A stretch of 64,000 bases of DNA from Tubiluchus corallicola (GCA_030141605.1 JAQGDQ010000128.1:372001-436000); one strand, 5' to 3'. Positions 23,443-37,584 are shown, counted from the stretch's first letter. The notes: generated by a model not told the origin, from the sequence alone. A program made the numbers and translations.

Positions 23443-26400
23443 ATGAAAAGAGCTTGTTTGGTCAACAGATACGCCTTCTTTGTATTCCTGAGAAAGTAAG
23501 AAGTAGTGTGTGCTATGCTTTCTCTGAAATGGATCACAAATTTTAAATTCCTAAAAAATCCGTAAGTAAAACTGTATGTTGTTGGAATAGACTACTTAAA
23601 GGAAAAATCAAATGTATGACAGCTTCTCCACTACTAGATATAATTAGTGGAAAAATACAATAATTGTTTTTTCACTGTGTAAGACAAATAATTAAAATGC
23701 AAACATTTGCAAAATACAATCACTGCATTAGAAAGCTGTGTTTTGATATAGGGTATGATATTGCTTTGATTAAGGCTATTGCTAGTATGTATGCTTTAAT
23801 TAAGGATATAACTAATATATATGGCTAATACATACAATTAGGCATTGGTTACATGTGACTCTGTTACCACTTAGTTTCAATTTTAATTCACTTTTAATGC
23901 TATGCTTTTACTAGCTGAATTTTTATATTTATAAGATTCATTAACACTACACTCCTTATGTGTGCTTAGATTTACAAGTATAAATCCTTGTTTAGTTTAT
24001 TTATTTTATATTTTTACTTTCTGTTATTTTAAAATTACACGTATTGTGCAAAGGATTCAGATAAGCTTTAACACAGAATGCTATATAGGCCTATCTAATT
24101 GCCACTGCTGAATTATAATGAAAAGAGTGGTAGCAAGGTGACTTACCCTTGTTTTCTTTACTTAAATGAAATTGAACCCAACATTTTCTATGTGAAAAGT
24201 GAACACAGTCAGAGTTATTACTGTAGTTTATTTCTTTGTAGAAAATATATCAAATAATGCAACATATTTGTTATTATTAGAGAAACCGCCTGATAGAAGT
24301 TTTGTTTTGCAGTTTTTTAAGAACAAAACTGCCTAAAGTGTTGACTGATACTCTTGGAAAGATGAACAATGAGATTAGCATTACCAGTGAGTCAACTTAC
24401 TTGGAGAACTGCACACCGGTTGTCCTTGATTTAGCCAGCCCTAGTGTTAATTCAGGTAAATTATGTGCATTTTATAATATGAAAGGAATCACCTACTTGC
24501 ATGCATTTAAAAATATGACATCGTACACAAAGTGAACTTTTGATAATATGTAGCACACACTGTCTCTTTATTTATTGATTTATTTATTATTTATAAGGCA
24601 CAAAAATAAATATATACATTTTATACATGAGTAAATGTAAACAGTAACATTATATGGTCATTATCAATAGGAAGGCTGTGCCTACCACTGTGTGCCATGG
24701 ATGACAGCAAGTAATAACTTTTGCACAAGGCCAAAAATGACGTTTTTTCTCTCCGTTTAATCCAGCAACCCAAGTTCGAAAGTAAACCATCAACAGCAAC
24801 GTAATACACTACATTGAGCTATTTATTACTGACAGGCCTATATAATCTAACGTAGACAATGGTATGATATGTAAGTTTTACGAATATGTTATTGTAACTG
24901 TGATCGAGGCCCGCAGTCTCAGCTTAGTATAAATTAATGTATTATATCTATAACTATTAATGTATTGTAGCAGCTTTGCAAGTTGCAAAATAAGGTATTA
25001 AGGTTAGATTCAAAATAAGGTTAAATTATTGCATTAATTTTTTTCTTGTCCTCACAGGTGTTTAACACAACAAGAGCATTTTTTTCAACTTTAACCTTTA
25101 TTTTGTCATCTTCAGCTATGTAAGCTCTCCTTTCATCCTTATTACTGCAGATTTCACGAGCTGCATCCAGAATCTTTTTGTTTTATTTAGTTAAAGACAC
25201 TGTAATGCCATACTTGCCCATATTTATGTTTACTTTACCCTTCAGAGTATTTTAGCTGCATAAAACTAATGTCTCTTTGTTCAAGTGTTGAAAGGAACAA
25301 TGATAGGTACTAGTCTTGCCATCTTAGATGAGTTGTCTAGATTAGAAACTGAAACTGGGATATTTTTCCCATGAACAGTATAAATATAACCAGGGGAAAT
25401 ATTTATACCTATCTTAATTTTTAGCAAAATCCACCATCACATTAATACAATCCTCTTCGTTTCCATTTTTGAGCTCGGGTATACCAAAAACTAGTAGAAC
25501 ATTACATCTCATATATTGAGCCATTGCTTGTTATTAGATTCAGGGAGACCATTTTTAGCCAGTTGTAGAGCATCATTTACAGTTTGGACAGCTTCGGTAG
25601 TATCAGATCGATGTTCCATAGTTTTGTTTTCAGTTGACCAACTTTAGATGGTAAAACAACTAAATCATTTATCTGAAAACTGTAGTTGCTCTCTCAGTGC
25701 TATTGGTCAAAGGTTCAAATTTTTTATCAATCCTAGCAAGTAGGGCTTCATTCATGTTCAGAAACTTTTTGCGTACAGTTGCTGCGTGTTTTAACACCTC
25801 TCATTAGTATTAAAAAAAATTTAATACATACAGCACACATCTGACTTATAATAACTTGAGTTCAGTTATAACCTGTACTGTGAAGCCAAGTACAGTGTTA
25901 CCAACCAACACTACATAGTAAATCTAGGCAGATAAGAACTTTGCTGAAACCTGCCACATCTACACAACTAGGTCACATCGCAAAATGTGACTTAGTCTTT
26001 ATTTGAATTGCCTTAACCAGTTTGGTTACTAACTATGTTGTTAGAAATCACAAAATTGACAAGTTGGAAAAATACTTGTAATTTGTCGCAAACTTCCCAT
26101 AAATTTGCTGTTTGCTAGATAAAGTAATCTAATATTCAACAAGTCATCAAATTTGTTGAAAATTATTCTTAATTTTTTTTGTACAGAACTGACTACAATG
26201 GAGATGGTGCCTTTGCCAACAGCCGAATCTTCTGTGCAGCGTGAAGCTTCCACTTCTGCAGAATCTGCAGTTCGACCTTACTTTAATCGGGTGTGGAATT
26301 GGACATACTCGGGTAGGAAGAAAGTATCTGATTCTTCTGCTGCAACAGACTTACAATTCACTATAATGTCTTATAATGTATTAGCGCAACGTTTACTGGA

Positions 26401-29400
26401 AGATCACATGAGCTTGTACTGCAATAGTGATCCATCAGTACTAGACTGGAAATACAGGAAACATGGTTTGTTGCATGAAATCAGCAGTGTTCAGCCAGAT
26501 GTAAGTAAAACCAAGTACGCTTCTAAAAATAATGTCTCATACAAAAAATAAATGGACTAGTTATTTATTTTCAAAATATTAATTTATTGTATGGCTTTAT
26601 ATTAAAATCAAAATATTTATAAATTTTTAATGTTAGTGACTGACTGTTCACATCTCATTTACTTTGTTTTTTTAATGAGAGTAACCCAAATATCAGAAAT
26701 CTTGTTAAGGTGAAAATCTGATATCTTTCAATTGCTTGAAGAACAATATTGCTTATTGTAACTATATAAGATGAGGTTTGGAAAGCTTAATTTATGTCAG
26801 TAACACCACACACGCAGTTCATGTGATTAATTATGTAGAAGGAACGAGTTATTGGTTAAGAAATTCTCAGCAGTTACCTAACTTGATTACAATGTAATAA
26901 ATTTCAAGCAGCAAGTCAATTCCCATTAAGAGCTAACATGAACACTGATTTAAATTAATTATTCGACACATCAATAAATTGTTGAAATGGTAGTACTATA
27001 TTATCGACTCTTAGAAAGGTAAGGTTTCACTAGTAAGTTTACCAATGAAAGAAATATAAACATGGATTGTTTCATCATGTGGTTACCGTTCAAATCAAAT
27101 AAAACGTAGTTCATCGCTTGGTATATATCCCACATGCGCACTAGCAGTCATCGTCAGGAAAAAATGTTCTCATTATCTGACTAGTGCAGCAGAAACACTG
27201 ATAACCACCAGTGTAGCAGAAACACTGTAACGTTTTTAATAAAAAAGGTAAAAAATTTGTTTGTTATTGTGGAATATTTGCAAAATTAAAGGAAGACTGG
27301 ACGATTGTTTAGACTCAATCTCATTTTAATTTACTGTCCAAAATATACATTTTCTTGCCTATAAAAGTTAACAATTGTTCCTTATATTTGAATAATTAAC
27401 TTTGAAAGTTAATTAACGGCAACCAAACACAGCTATTGTTTACATCAGAAACTAACCACAGTTTGTGCAATGGCAGGTGTCTTCCCTTGCGTATAAAGCA
27501 CATTTGCATAAGTGTTACAGTACTGTTTAAATGCATGATGTCACGAAAAATGGATTTTACATCATATGACGTCTGAAACTAACACTGCAGTTCATGATCA
27601 CGCTTATCATGGTACCGCCTTCTATCTGTCGGCCAAGCAAATGTGACAAAAACGCATCTCTGCCAATCTTAGTAGATTCACTAAGCCATGCGTAGCTTTG
27701 AAAGTTTAACGAAATTTGAGTATCCAAGGTAATTATTATTTAATCTAAGCTTTGATTTAAAAAAAACTATTATAGTTTTCAATATTTTAGAACATTCTTT
27801 ATTCTGAACTAATATTTACACAATCATCCGGTTTTTCTTTAATGTCGTTCATACTTTATTAAGGAAACCTGTCGCAGTTTTCTAAATGCCTGTAGTTCAA
27901 ATGTTTCACGTGCCATAAAGGGGAAACTTAGTAATTTTGTCATTAATATCAACTTAATCTTACATAGATTCTTTGCATGCAAGAGGTACAAGCCGACCAC
28001 TATGATGATTTTTGGAAACGACAAATGGAAAAACTTGGTAGGTACAAAGCTATGCAGGTAAATAGTTATTTGTGATTGTTAACTTTACATTACTTAGTTT
28101 CAATTTTTTTTAATTAATATTAAATTAAAGACTTTAGAATGGATTTTCAAAATACGTAGACCATCTATGGTGGATATTTCCTGAATGGTGGTGTAATGAC
28201 AAAACAGTAATGGCGGGAATAGTGATATAAGACCCATCCAGTGAGGTGCAGTGAGAGGTCAGGGGGACAACGTCTCCAAAAATCTAAAGAATTGTGTTTT
28301 TGGAGGCCTATTTTCGTATCACATATTGGTGGTCATTAGACTATCAAGTTTTCCCATTTTATAACAATGACTTTGCTTATCTATACAGAAGAATATGATC
28401 GCACTTTAATACATGTTCTGAATCTTCCTTGATCATAACTTGTACCTATCATTATTGACTTACATAGTGCAGCCCTTTCAATATTTCTTGCACGATGTGG
28501 CAAGTAATGTGCATTAGCTTTGAAACAGAATCTTATATTCAATTTGATTACCAGTTTTCACTGCAACATCTTAAATTTCTTTTTGTTGTGATTAACAAAC
28601 TTTTATTTAAAAATAATTGTGATAGCTAGGTATTAGGCTGCCTTGAATAATGTCAATGTAATGCACATGTTCGAGATCTTATGTTGGCAGGAAACTTGAA
28701 ATTTGCCGAGTTTTTGTGTATCACACTGAATGTTGTACAGTAGTACTACTGTAATTGAATTTTCGCTTTTACAAGCAACTAAGTGTTTGTGCTGCTAAAA
28801 ATTATGTTCAGTGGTGACATCATCACTAACTGGGTTCTCGGGCTGCTAATTAAGTTTTTAACCTCTTCTTTAATTATCAGAAACACTTTGACGTTATTAT
28901 AGGTGTTAAAGTATATACTTTTTATCATATACCAAATACCAACAACTGGTATTAACATTTCTAGTTGCAGTCAGTCGCTAATTTACATACCCACTGTCTA
29001 CAATAGACATGAAGGGGTTTAGTGTTTCAGAAAACCGTAGTCCATTGATTTTTTTATTTGATTCAACATAACAAACTACGAAGAGGTTAAGTTGTGCATT
29101 TGATTTTGTACACCACAAAAACAATAAGATTCTGTACTTGGTTCAGAATGTGGAAGAAAAACTATAGCATATTCGAGCTCGGTTGGCAAAGGCTCAGTCA
29201 AATATGTGGATTCAGTAAACTATGGTTCAATGAATCCGTACTCTAATTACTTTGTCATGGTAATTAAGTCTGTTTCTGTTAAAAAACTGTAAACTTGTTT
29301 CCTAACCTTGTAGCGCTTATAATTCTGGATTAAGCACATGTGGTATTGGTGCACAAGCCATATGCAGGCAGAGCTAGCTGGAAGGTTGTCACTTTTATTA

Positions 29401-30594
29401 ATTTTGAATAATTTTGTTGTACATTTTGCAGGATATTGTGCAACATTCAAAAAGAGGACAAATGATAAATTTGATGGCTGTGCAACATTTTTTAAGTCGG
29501 ACATGTTTGAACTTGTACATCACGAAGCGGTAGAATATTATCACCCCGAAGTTGATGTTTTGAATAGAGACAATATTGCACAGATACTTGTGTTGAAAGT
29601 GAAAGGTGTTAAGACAAAGATGTGCATAGCTAATACACATTTGTTATATAATCCACGGAGAGGAGATGTAAAACTTGCTCAGTTATGTGTGCTGCTAGCC
29701 CGGTTGGATCAGTATGCCTACAGGGATGCTTCCTGTGAAAATCCTTATTACCCAGTGATATTGTGTGGGGATTTGAACATGGAACCGTGGTGTGACTTGT
29801 ACAGGTTTATGTGTGGAGGTCATTTACGATACAAAGGATTGTATATTGCCGACATGTCCGGCCAAAAGAAGACAAGTTATTCTTCTAGACAGTTTTATAA
29901 TAAACTTTTACCAGACAGCCTCGGCATTACCGAAAACTGTCAGTATGAAAGCATTTCTAATAGTCGTTCAAAAGAAATCGCGAGAAAGGTGGTAGAGACA
30001 CTTGTTAGCGATGTTTGTGATGACCAAAACATACACAGTATTGATGTGCCATCTACTCGTGCAAAACATTTTAAAAGTAATGAAAGTAGTTCTGATTCAT
30101 GTTTTCATGTGGAATCATGTGAAGAACTTGAAATGGAAATGTCACATACGCGAAACAACTCATTTAGTGATTCTGTAACGCCAGGTACTCCAGTACCCCA
30201 TATTACTTATCCAGATTCGTTCGACATAAATTCAGCAAGAGCACTGAGTCAACCAGAGTTGCCGTATAAATACGGCCGTTTATCACACAAGTTGAAATTC
30301 CGATCTGTTTATAAACACAGCTTGCCTAACAAAGACCCGGAAATCACTACATGCCACAATGCAGACTGCTGTACAGTAGATTACATTTTTTATTCAGTTG
30401 ACAGTCAGTGCTGCTTCACTGATAGATATGGTATGTTTCGAACTCGAGATGTACAGGAAGGAAAGCTCCGTCTTCTTGGCAGGTTACAACTTCCTTCGTG
30501 GAGAGAACAAAAGGAGATTGGGTATTTGCCCAGTCAGTATGTGTCGTCAGATCATATGTGCCTTGCAGCAAGATTTTTACTGAAAGATAGCTAG
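23443..30594 (+). CDS. angel: Protein angel homolog (ANGEL2-like; EEP/CCR4 family RNA 2',3'-cyclic phosphatase), ~580 aa
   Basis: Exons 23443-23495, 24313-24455, 26187-26500, 27968-28037 and 29432-30594 (1743 nt, phase-consistent). Motifs MSYNVLAQ, ILCMQEVQ, DGCATFF, IANTHLLYNPRRGDVKLAQL, ILCGDLN, TVDYIFYS, SSDH. Confidence 0.93.
24568..24810 (-). mobile_element. Possible CR1/L2-like LINE 3' end
   Basis: Decayed ...SYY...HSLP-type terminus followed by an (AATA)n-like tail on the minus strand. Confidence 0.35.
25080..25790 (-). mobile_element. Decayed LINE ORF1 (L1/CR1-type RRM, 'transposase_22'-like)
   Basis: Minus strand reads AQYMRCNVLLVFGIPELKNGNEEDC...PIIV...GITVSLTK, with stops. Confidence 0.6.
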
Positions 30595-32333
30595 TCTCGT
30601 GTATTAATAATGCAGAGTGTTTTGTTCAATACATAGATTTGTGTATAACACAGACTGCATTTTAGCAATTATGTATAGATATGCATCTCCATGGGCCACA
30701 GATTGCTTCAAATATAGTTTGTGTGTTGGTTTTAAAAATTGATTGAGTATCAAGGTATCACCTCGCTTTTTCAAAGAGAAACCAAAAATGTTTTGTCAAA
30801 AACTGGGCATATAATTGCCAATAATATATCATTCTACAAAACAACTGTCTATACTTCCTGTGCAAAAAAACTTTAAACCATGGCTTTTGTATAATGCTTT
30901 ACGTTCAGCAAAATTCAGCTAAAACATTCACATTACTTATTCATTCAGCTAGAATATTCACGCTAAATTCAGCCTCATTTTGCCTTAATTTGATAGTTAA
31001 AGTTATAGTTTCTATAAAAAATATTCTTATAAGATTTTTTTTGTATGACAGTTTTTTACAATGATTCATTTTATATTCAGTACTGATGTTATCTATTAAA
31101 TATAGTTTTAGCATTGCTTTCAGTATTTGTAGTGTAGCTCTAATCTGAAGAGTTTGAATGTGTTTCTGCTTATAATACTTCTCATCTCTTGTCAATAGAT
31201 GTCACTATATTGTGAGTAATAGACACCACATCTAGTTCTATTTACATCATTGGTATTGCCATCTGTTAAAATTATTGTTGAACTAACAAAATTTAGTGCA
31301 CCTTTAAAGCAGCAATAAGAACAGTTTAGTTTATTATAAAAGCTTAACTGAGAATCACAGACTTTAGTACACGTCTCTGTTTTATCAATTGTGCAACAAC
31401 TTTTTCACTGGGATGATCAAGTAACTAATTTAAACATACGAAAGAATATTGTAAGCTAGTTCATTTAAATAAAATTTGATGCTTAAATGCTTTATTATTT
31501 TTTCCATACTAAAACTATTTAACTAGCACTAGTTAACAAATATGTAAATCATAACCACACTGTTGAAAACAATACATTTTAATAACATAACGTATAATAA
31601 TTTCTAACAAAATTAATGCCATAGTTATGTGTGTATCACAAGCCAATGATTTTTGGTTACAAAAATGAAATACATTAACAAATCACACAGGCACAATGAC
31701 ATCAGGAAATCTTTGACAAATATGTACAGAATGGTATCTCTTCAGAGAAGTAATACTATCACAGTCAATGCGTAGCTTTGCTGCAGTTGCAGTTCATAGA
31801 TCATCTTTAAATATACATGTTTTGAGAAATGCTCATAACAATATTATAATATTATAACTGACTTAGTGTAACAGGACATTGTATTTCTAATTGATAAAAC
31901 ATCTTTTGGGCTTTTGAAAGGATAATATGCTAAATATTAGTGTAGTAAAATGGTTTATGTGAAGCTTGCACGATTCTACATATGTCGTAAGACTGCTCTT
32001 AAAAAGAAGAGTCATGCTTAATAGAATAAAATGACTCAACAAAGTAAAAAATGTCACATTTAAACAAAACACTACTTTTCATATACAATATTTTAACATG
32101 ATTTTTAGAAATAACGGGTTATTTTGGGAAACATGCCACACAAAATTATCACACGATTTAAACACGTAACCCGAGATTTGATAAAACTTACATGGAAATA
32201 TAGATATAAGAGAAGCCAAATGTGCCGATGGAAAACATACACGATAAAATTAGCAGCACTATTATAATATTTGAAAATAGCAGACAAAAATGAGCTATGG
32301 AATACTAAATTAATGACAAATTACTTGGGATTT

Positions 32334-35300
32334 CTAATCTTTTGACTTCCCACGTTGATTAATGCTTGGCAATGTCAACAAAAGTCCATTTTTATGTGTG
32401 CGTAATGTCTTGGAGCAAACACTCAATTTTTGCTGTATTTCTGTTGGTTCTTCGCTGTTCCAATATAGTGAAAGCATCTACACAATTCAAATACATCATA
32501 AGAATGTATCAAAAAGTTGTAAATTAGTAACTGATGAATCACCATTTTAGGAACGTTAGTGTGCATCCACTGTGTGAATACCAAAATAAAGGTATCACGA
32601 AAAAGCAAAATTCTTAGGTCAGCCATTAATGCTATTAATATAGTCTTAATGAATTATTTTGAAAATAGTTCTTTCTAGCCATGCATGAAGCACACAAACG
32701 TTATATCACAACTTACAACAGTAAAATAATAATTACAGCATATAGTGTCACAACAAAAAATCATAGACATGCATGCTTCAAAAAAATCAACATGTGTAGG
32801 CTTCGTTTTTGGGCCCGTAGGCACTATCTGCAAATGGGTCCACATACTATAAGCCTGTATGTCAACAGACACTTTAAAACTTCTATAAAACAACTCGACT
32901 GTATAAATATAAAACATTAAAAACAGACCCAAAAATTAATTTTGTGTTGTAATTTAATTATTATGTTATCAATTTGACAAATATTGGAGATGAAATGCAG
33001 TTTGTTTCTCTTCCATGTTATATGGTCCACTGCAAGATGATCAGGCATCTTACTGGCCTGCAATGCCAGACTTAGATGGGTTGGCCATGCAGTTCATATA
33101 CCATCTATATAGTCACTTACCAAGAGACTGTTTTTCATAGTGAGCTTGCAACTGGCAGTCGTAATAGAAAGGACCAAAAATGCAGATACAAAGTTATCAT
33201 CAAGTGTGATCTCAAATTACAGATATTGATGTAGACCACTTGGAGGACTTCCACTGTCAAACCAAAATGGTGCACTAACATCAGTGAAGGAAATCTGGGA
33301 GAGACACAGTCAGTCAGAGATGAAGCCGTGGAAGCGGTGACTTTATCTGTCCACATTGTGATCTCCGACGCCAAGCTCAGATCAGCCTTATAAGCCACAT
33401 ATAGTTTAAGCACAGGATAACATGAATCCTGTAGATTTTCCACGATCATGATGGACTGTCTACTAATACTACCACTACCACTATCACTACAGCTACTACT
33501 ACTACCATTACTAATTATATAATACATTTTTGTAATTTTTTCTTACCTTCCAATTAACTGAATCATAACTTGAAGGATCACTCTGCACAGGTCCTCCTAT
33601 CTTAACTTTTTGTAAGGTATGTTGACCTTCAAAAAAATGTTATCACATTTCTTTTGAATATATTCCGAGTAAATTAAACTGTAAAATACATGTTTCCTTC
33701 ATCTGCACATACAATTAACAAGATATTTAATTAAGAGCAAAAAGGAACAGTTAAATTAATTGCTCATGTGTATTACTGTAAATAGCGCAGAATTTATTTA
33801 TGTGCATCACAGAGTTAATAAATACCAGCTGGGACTTATACTCACATTCTTCATAGCATTGCTGAAACTCTGCTAAAAGACAACCAAGTGACTGGAAAAC
33901 AAACAGAAAAAGGAAACTTCATTAATTGGCAATTATAACTTTCCAAAATATTTGTGTTCTGATTTGCAAAAAGATAAAATGATACTAAATTCTCGCAGAA
34001 TCTTACGCAAAAATATGATGGGTATTCGTAGGAGCACATTTACCAACAAGCCTACTATGCTATAGCAATAGGAGCCCAGTGTTAAAGAATTCTTATTCTT
34101 TTAAAATGTGTATCTTTTCATATAAAACATAAGACACCACAAGCAGTTACTCAGTCTCTTTCGATACGAGAGCCACATAACAAACTCTTACAATTAATAC
34201 ATAAAAGTACTACACCACAAACAGTTACACTACTTGCTTAGATATAGAAGCTATATAAATATAGAATAATATTAGTTATGCAAATATTATGTCATTAATA
34301 ATAACCCAATAACCATGCAGGTACTGTGTAACAGTAATACTAACACACCACAAGTAATTATGAAAAGCTGCCATCATATAAATAACCATAAATCTGTAAT
34401 AGCGAAGGCAGGACAGAAGTATTACCTACGGAGTATCAACTAGGGTGTCCTCTTGATATGCCCCTCAATATAACACAGTAACATTTTGTATTTTCATGTC
34501 ACAATTGCATTATGTGACGTCACAGACGTCCTCGTCCGTATTAAAATTATGCTAAAGTTCATTTTGTACTCCAAATAAAATATTCATTTCTGTTTTATGT
34601 TTGGGTTGGTTTTCTGTCCATCCTTTAATACCTCTCCCCTTTTCCCTGTTTGATGGCGATCTTCCTGTCACATGTCTTGAATTGTTACAGGATAATTTTC
34701 GCGCTCCTGGAAAAGCATTGAACCGTGATTTTTTTCCTTATTGCGGCCATTGCGGGTTTGAGCTGCGTTTGAAGCTACACGTTTTGTAGCAGCAGGTTTG
34801 AGGTCTCGTAACTTTTGAGATCTCATAATGAGTTCGTTAGTTTTGGTGTTCTCAGTGTAATCAAATTTCTCTGAGAGGAAACCAGATGGTTCCTTGGCGG
34901 TGTTACTAGTATGCAGGAAACTTCGTCATGTTCGTAATCTGGCCACGTAGATCATGACGGTTGTTGGGTGGAGTTTGCTCCACTCTGGCATGCTCGGATA
35001 AAGTAAAAGATAACCCCTATTTTGCATTCCTGACAAAACTATTTATTCTTTTATATAATACACCATAGAGCGTCAAAAAGGGTGCCAGTGGTCGTCACAC
35101 ATTATAACACATCAATTACATAAAAACTGAGAAAAAATAATTTCAAATCTCAATTTAGGAATCAAAAGTGAAAAATAAAGCCGCGTTTCCACTGCGCCCG
35201 CACAGACACAAACGTTTTCAGTATGACTCACACAGAAAAGAAATGAAGCAACAGTGTGCTTTTGTAAATCACTGTTTACATGTTTTTCATTTCCACTGTG

Positions 35301-36554
35301 TTCGCATGGAAAGCCACGTACTCGCACCTAAGATATTTTATGTAGAATGCTACAGAATGAGTGCGGACCCAATTGAAACAACTTTTGCGGACGTAAAACG
35401 TATGGACAGAAAAGTCTGTGTCTGTGCGGACGCATTGGAAATGCGACCTAACTCTCACTACCTTGTATTCTACTGGTTTGTACATTAGTGATTTCCGACG
35501 ACTCAGGCCAACTGCACCAAATTTACCCTTATGATAAACACCAAGCACTATATGACGGTAAAACTTCGTTTTGAAAACAGATTTGAAACTTATTGGAAAT
35601 CGCACTACATCTGTCAGAGCATTGGTCAGATATCTAAAAATTGTAAAGGAATGTAACAAAGTTTTATAGTTCTTGCAACACTATTAATTACATATGCTTA
35701 CAAGTAAAATTAAGGATACAATGCTAAAATCACGGCCTCCAAACATTTTATAGGTAGTGCTTGTGTAATCATTTCCTTGGCTGAATCCATTAACCTAAAA
35801 AATAAATTAAGAAACATATGCAAGCATAATTCACATGTTAACCTTGAAAACGAATTATCTAAATTGGTTTCCTATAAACATACCCTGAATATGGACGATT
35901 TTTGCGGATTTCGAAAAACTGCATTCCAACATAATTATACTGTAGCTGGGTGATGTAATTCTGCACAGAATTGAGTTTAAACTGGACGTTACCGCCCATA
36001 TTAATTACATCTGGTGGCACTGGCACAGAAATCTGAAAACAATATTATTGTTTTAAGCTAAATTTCACATTGCTTTATTTTGAATTCTGTAATAACTTTT
36101 GAATATAGATATACAGATCTAGCTACTTGATCTGTTTAATATATTCAGCCATTCAGTTATCACTCCTCATGTCAGGCATTGTTTAACTAGGTTATGAAAA
36201 AGTCTGAAAAAAATACTGGCAGCTATTGCAATTGTACTAGATCCATATATTAATTTAGCAGGCCTAAGAGTTTATTCACACCGAATTTGAACTACATAGA
36301 ATGCTTCAATAAAGAGAGAATTTGGGCAATCATTTAAACTCGAATAACATTACATTTAGCATTTCATTATAGCTTTGTACCTCTCTTAGCTTTTTCTTTG
36401 TCATTAACTTCTTTATATCTTTGGACAGTAGTGGATTGAGTGTTTGAGCAAATGTCCACATGTTTTCCCAAGTAGCATTATCAATTGGAAAGCCATTTTT
36501 GTTTATCAAAAAATTTGACCCATTTTTGCAATCACGTTTTCCTTCCCTTGACAT
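32334..36554 (-). CDS. vash: Vasohibin (tubulin tyrosine carboxypeptidase), ~279 aa
   Basis: Exons (5' to 3') 36554-36381, 36032-35884, 35794-35720, 35633-35462, 33891-33846, 33626-33547 and 32477-32334 (840 nt, phase-consistent). Motifs GFPID..TWENMW, QYNY.G.QFFEIRKNRP.SGLM, LPIKCLEAVIL (catalytic Cys), RFPISFKS, HIVLG, GAVGLSRR..LMYKP, KVKIG. Confidence 0.95.
35179..35448. mobile_element. PIF/Harbinger-like MITE in a vasohibin intron
   Basis: TIRs GCCGCGTTTCCACTGCGCCCGCACAGACAC / GTGTCTGTGCGGACGCATTGGAAATGCGAC, flanked by TAA on both sides. Confidence 0.75.
35634..35719 (-). other. U12-type (minor spliceosome) GT-AG intron in vasohibin
   Basis: 5' splice site GTATCCTT. Branch-point-like TTCCTTTAC ending 9 nt before the intron's 3' end. 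Confidence 0.85.
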
Positions 36555-37509
36555 CTAAAAAAAGAAACGGCAACTTAGAAATGACTATAAGTTAAAAAAA
36601 TATATAAGCTCTAGATGAACACTTAAAGGAAAACAGGATGATTCTAGCCCACTTTGAAGTACAGAAAAAAGTACACATTTTAACACCTAAAATAATACTA
36701 ACGTGCTTCTTAAAATTTAAATAATAGGTTAAAAATTTTATTCACGGTGGGAGAGCCCAACTAATGATGATGTCACAACTGGACGTAATTTTCAACAGCA
36801 TAAATGTTACACAAACGTGCTGCACACGTTTGCCTGAAAAGCGAAGACTGAAGTGCAGTGCTACTGTACAACATTCACTGTGATATACAAATCTCTGCAA
36901 ATGTTAAGTTTAAAAATTTAAATTTCAAATTTACTGCAGTGCTTACGCATGAGCTCTCAAATGTGTCTGCTGCATCACAAGTGAACAACATCTGAACTGA
37001 GAGGTACAGCACCTGCTTTTTGTTCAGCATATTTCTCAGATGCAAGCACTAGCGCCCACCTAACTAACGATTGGCGAAATGCATGCAACAGCACAGAACG
37101 AGCCGCAAAAATGTGAAATTAGGTTTTTGTGGGCAATAATTATTTCATGTAAGTCATTCTTTAAAAAATAGTGGGTTTCTTTTCAATATTTTATAGAGTA
37201 GACAGTTTTCAGCTGCTTTCCTCCATGCTAACCATTTCATATACTGCCAATGACAATCTGACATAGTTTCAACTGTTAATGTGTTTTATCTAAGCACATA
37301 ACACATCACACACAGTTAAAAGCAAAGTATTTCTATTAGCCACTCTAAAAATTAGGTTCCCAGGATAATTTAAGCTAGCACTAGCATTATAAATATTTGG
37401 TGCAAATGGTCACGATAAGAGAACGAAATTCTGAGGCATTCTAATTAATACACGTTTGTAAAAAAATGAAATGAGTTTCATTTAATGTGGCTTTATCACA
37501 CTTTACCTA

Positions 37510-37518
<9 letters not shown>

Positions 37519-37584
<66 letters not shown>
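37519..37584. repeat. (TA)n microsatellite
   Basis: Directly visible. Confidence 0.97.

Noticed and set aside
29338-29431. N-terminal part of ORF 29338-30594 as the Angel start
   Set aside because: It is intron read-through; the acceptor is at 29431 and conserved upstream exons exist.
33135-33527. 130-aa minus-strand ORF in a vasohibin intron
   Set aside because: Begins in a (TAG/CTA)-type microsatellite and has no recognisable domain; probably decayed retroelement sequence.
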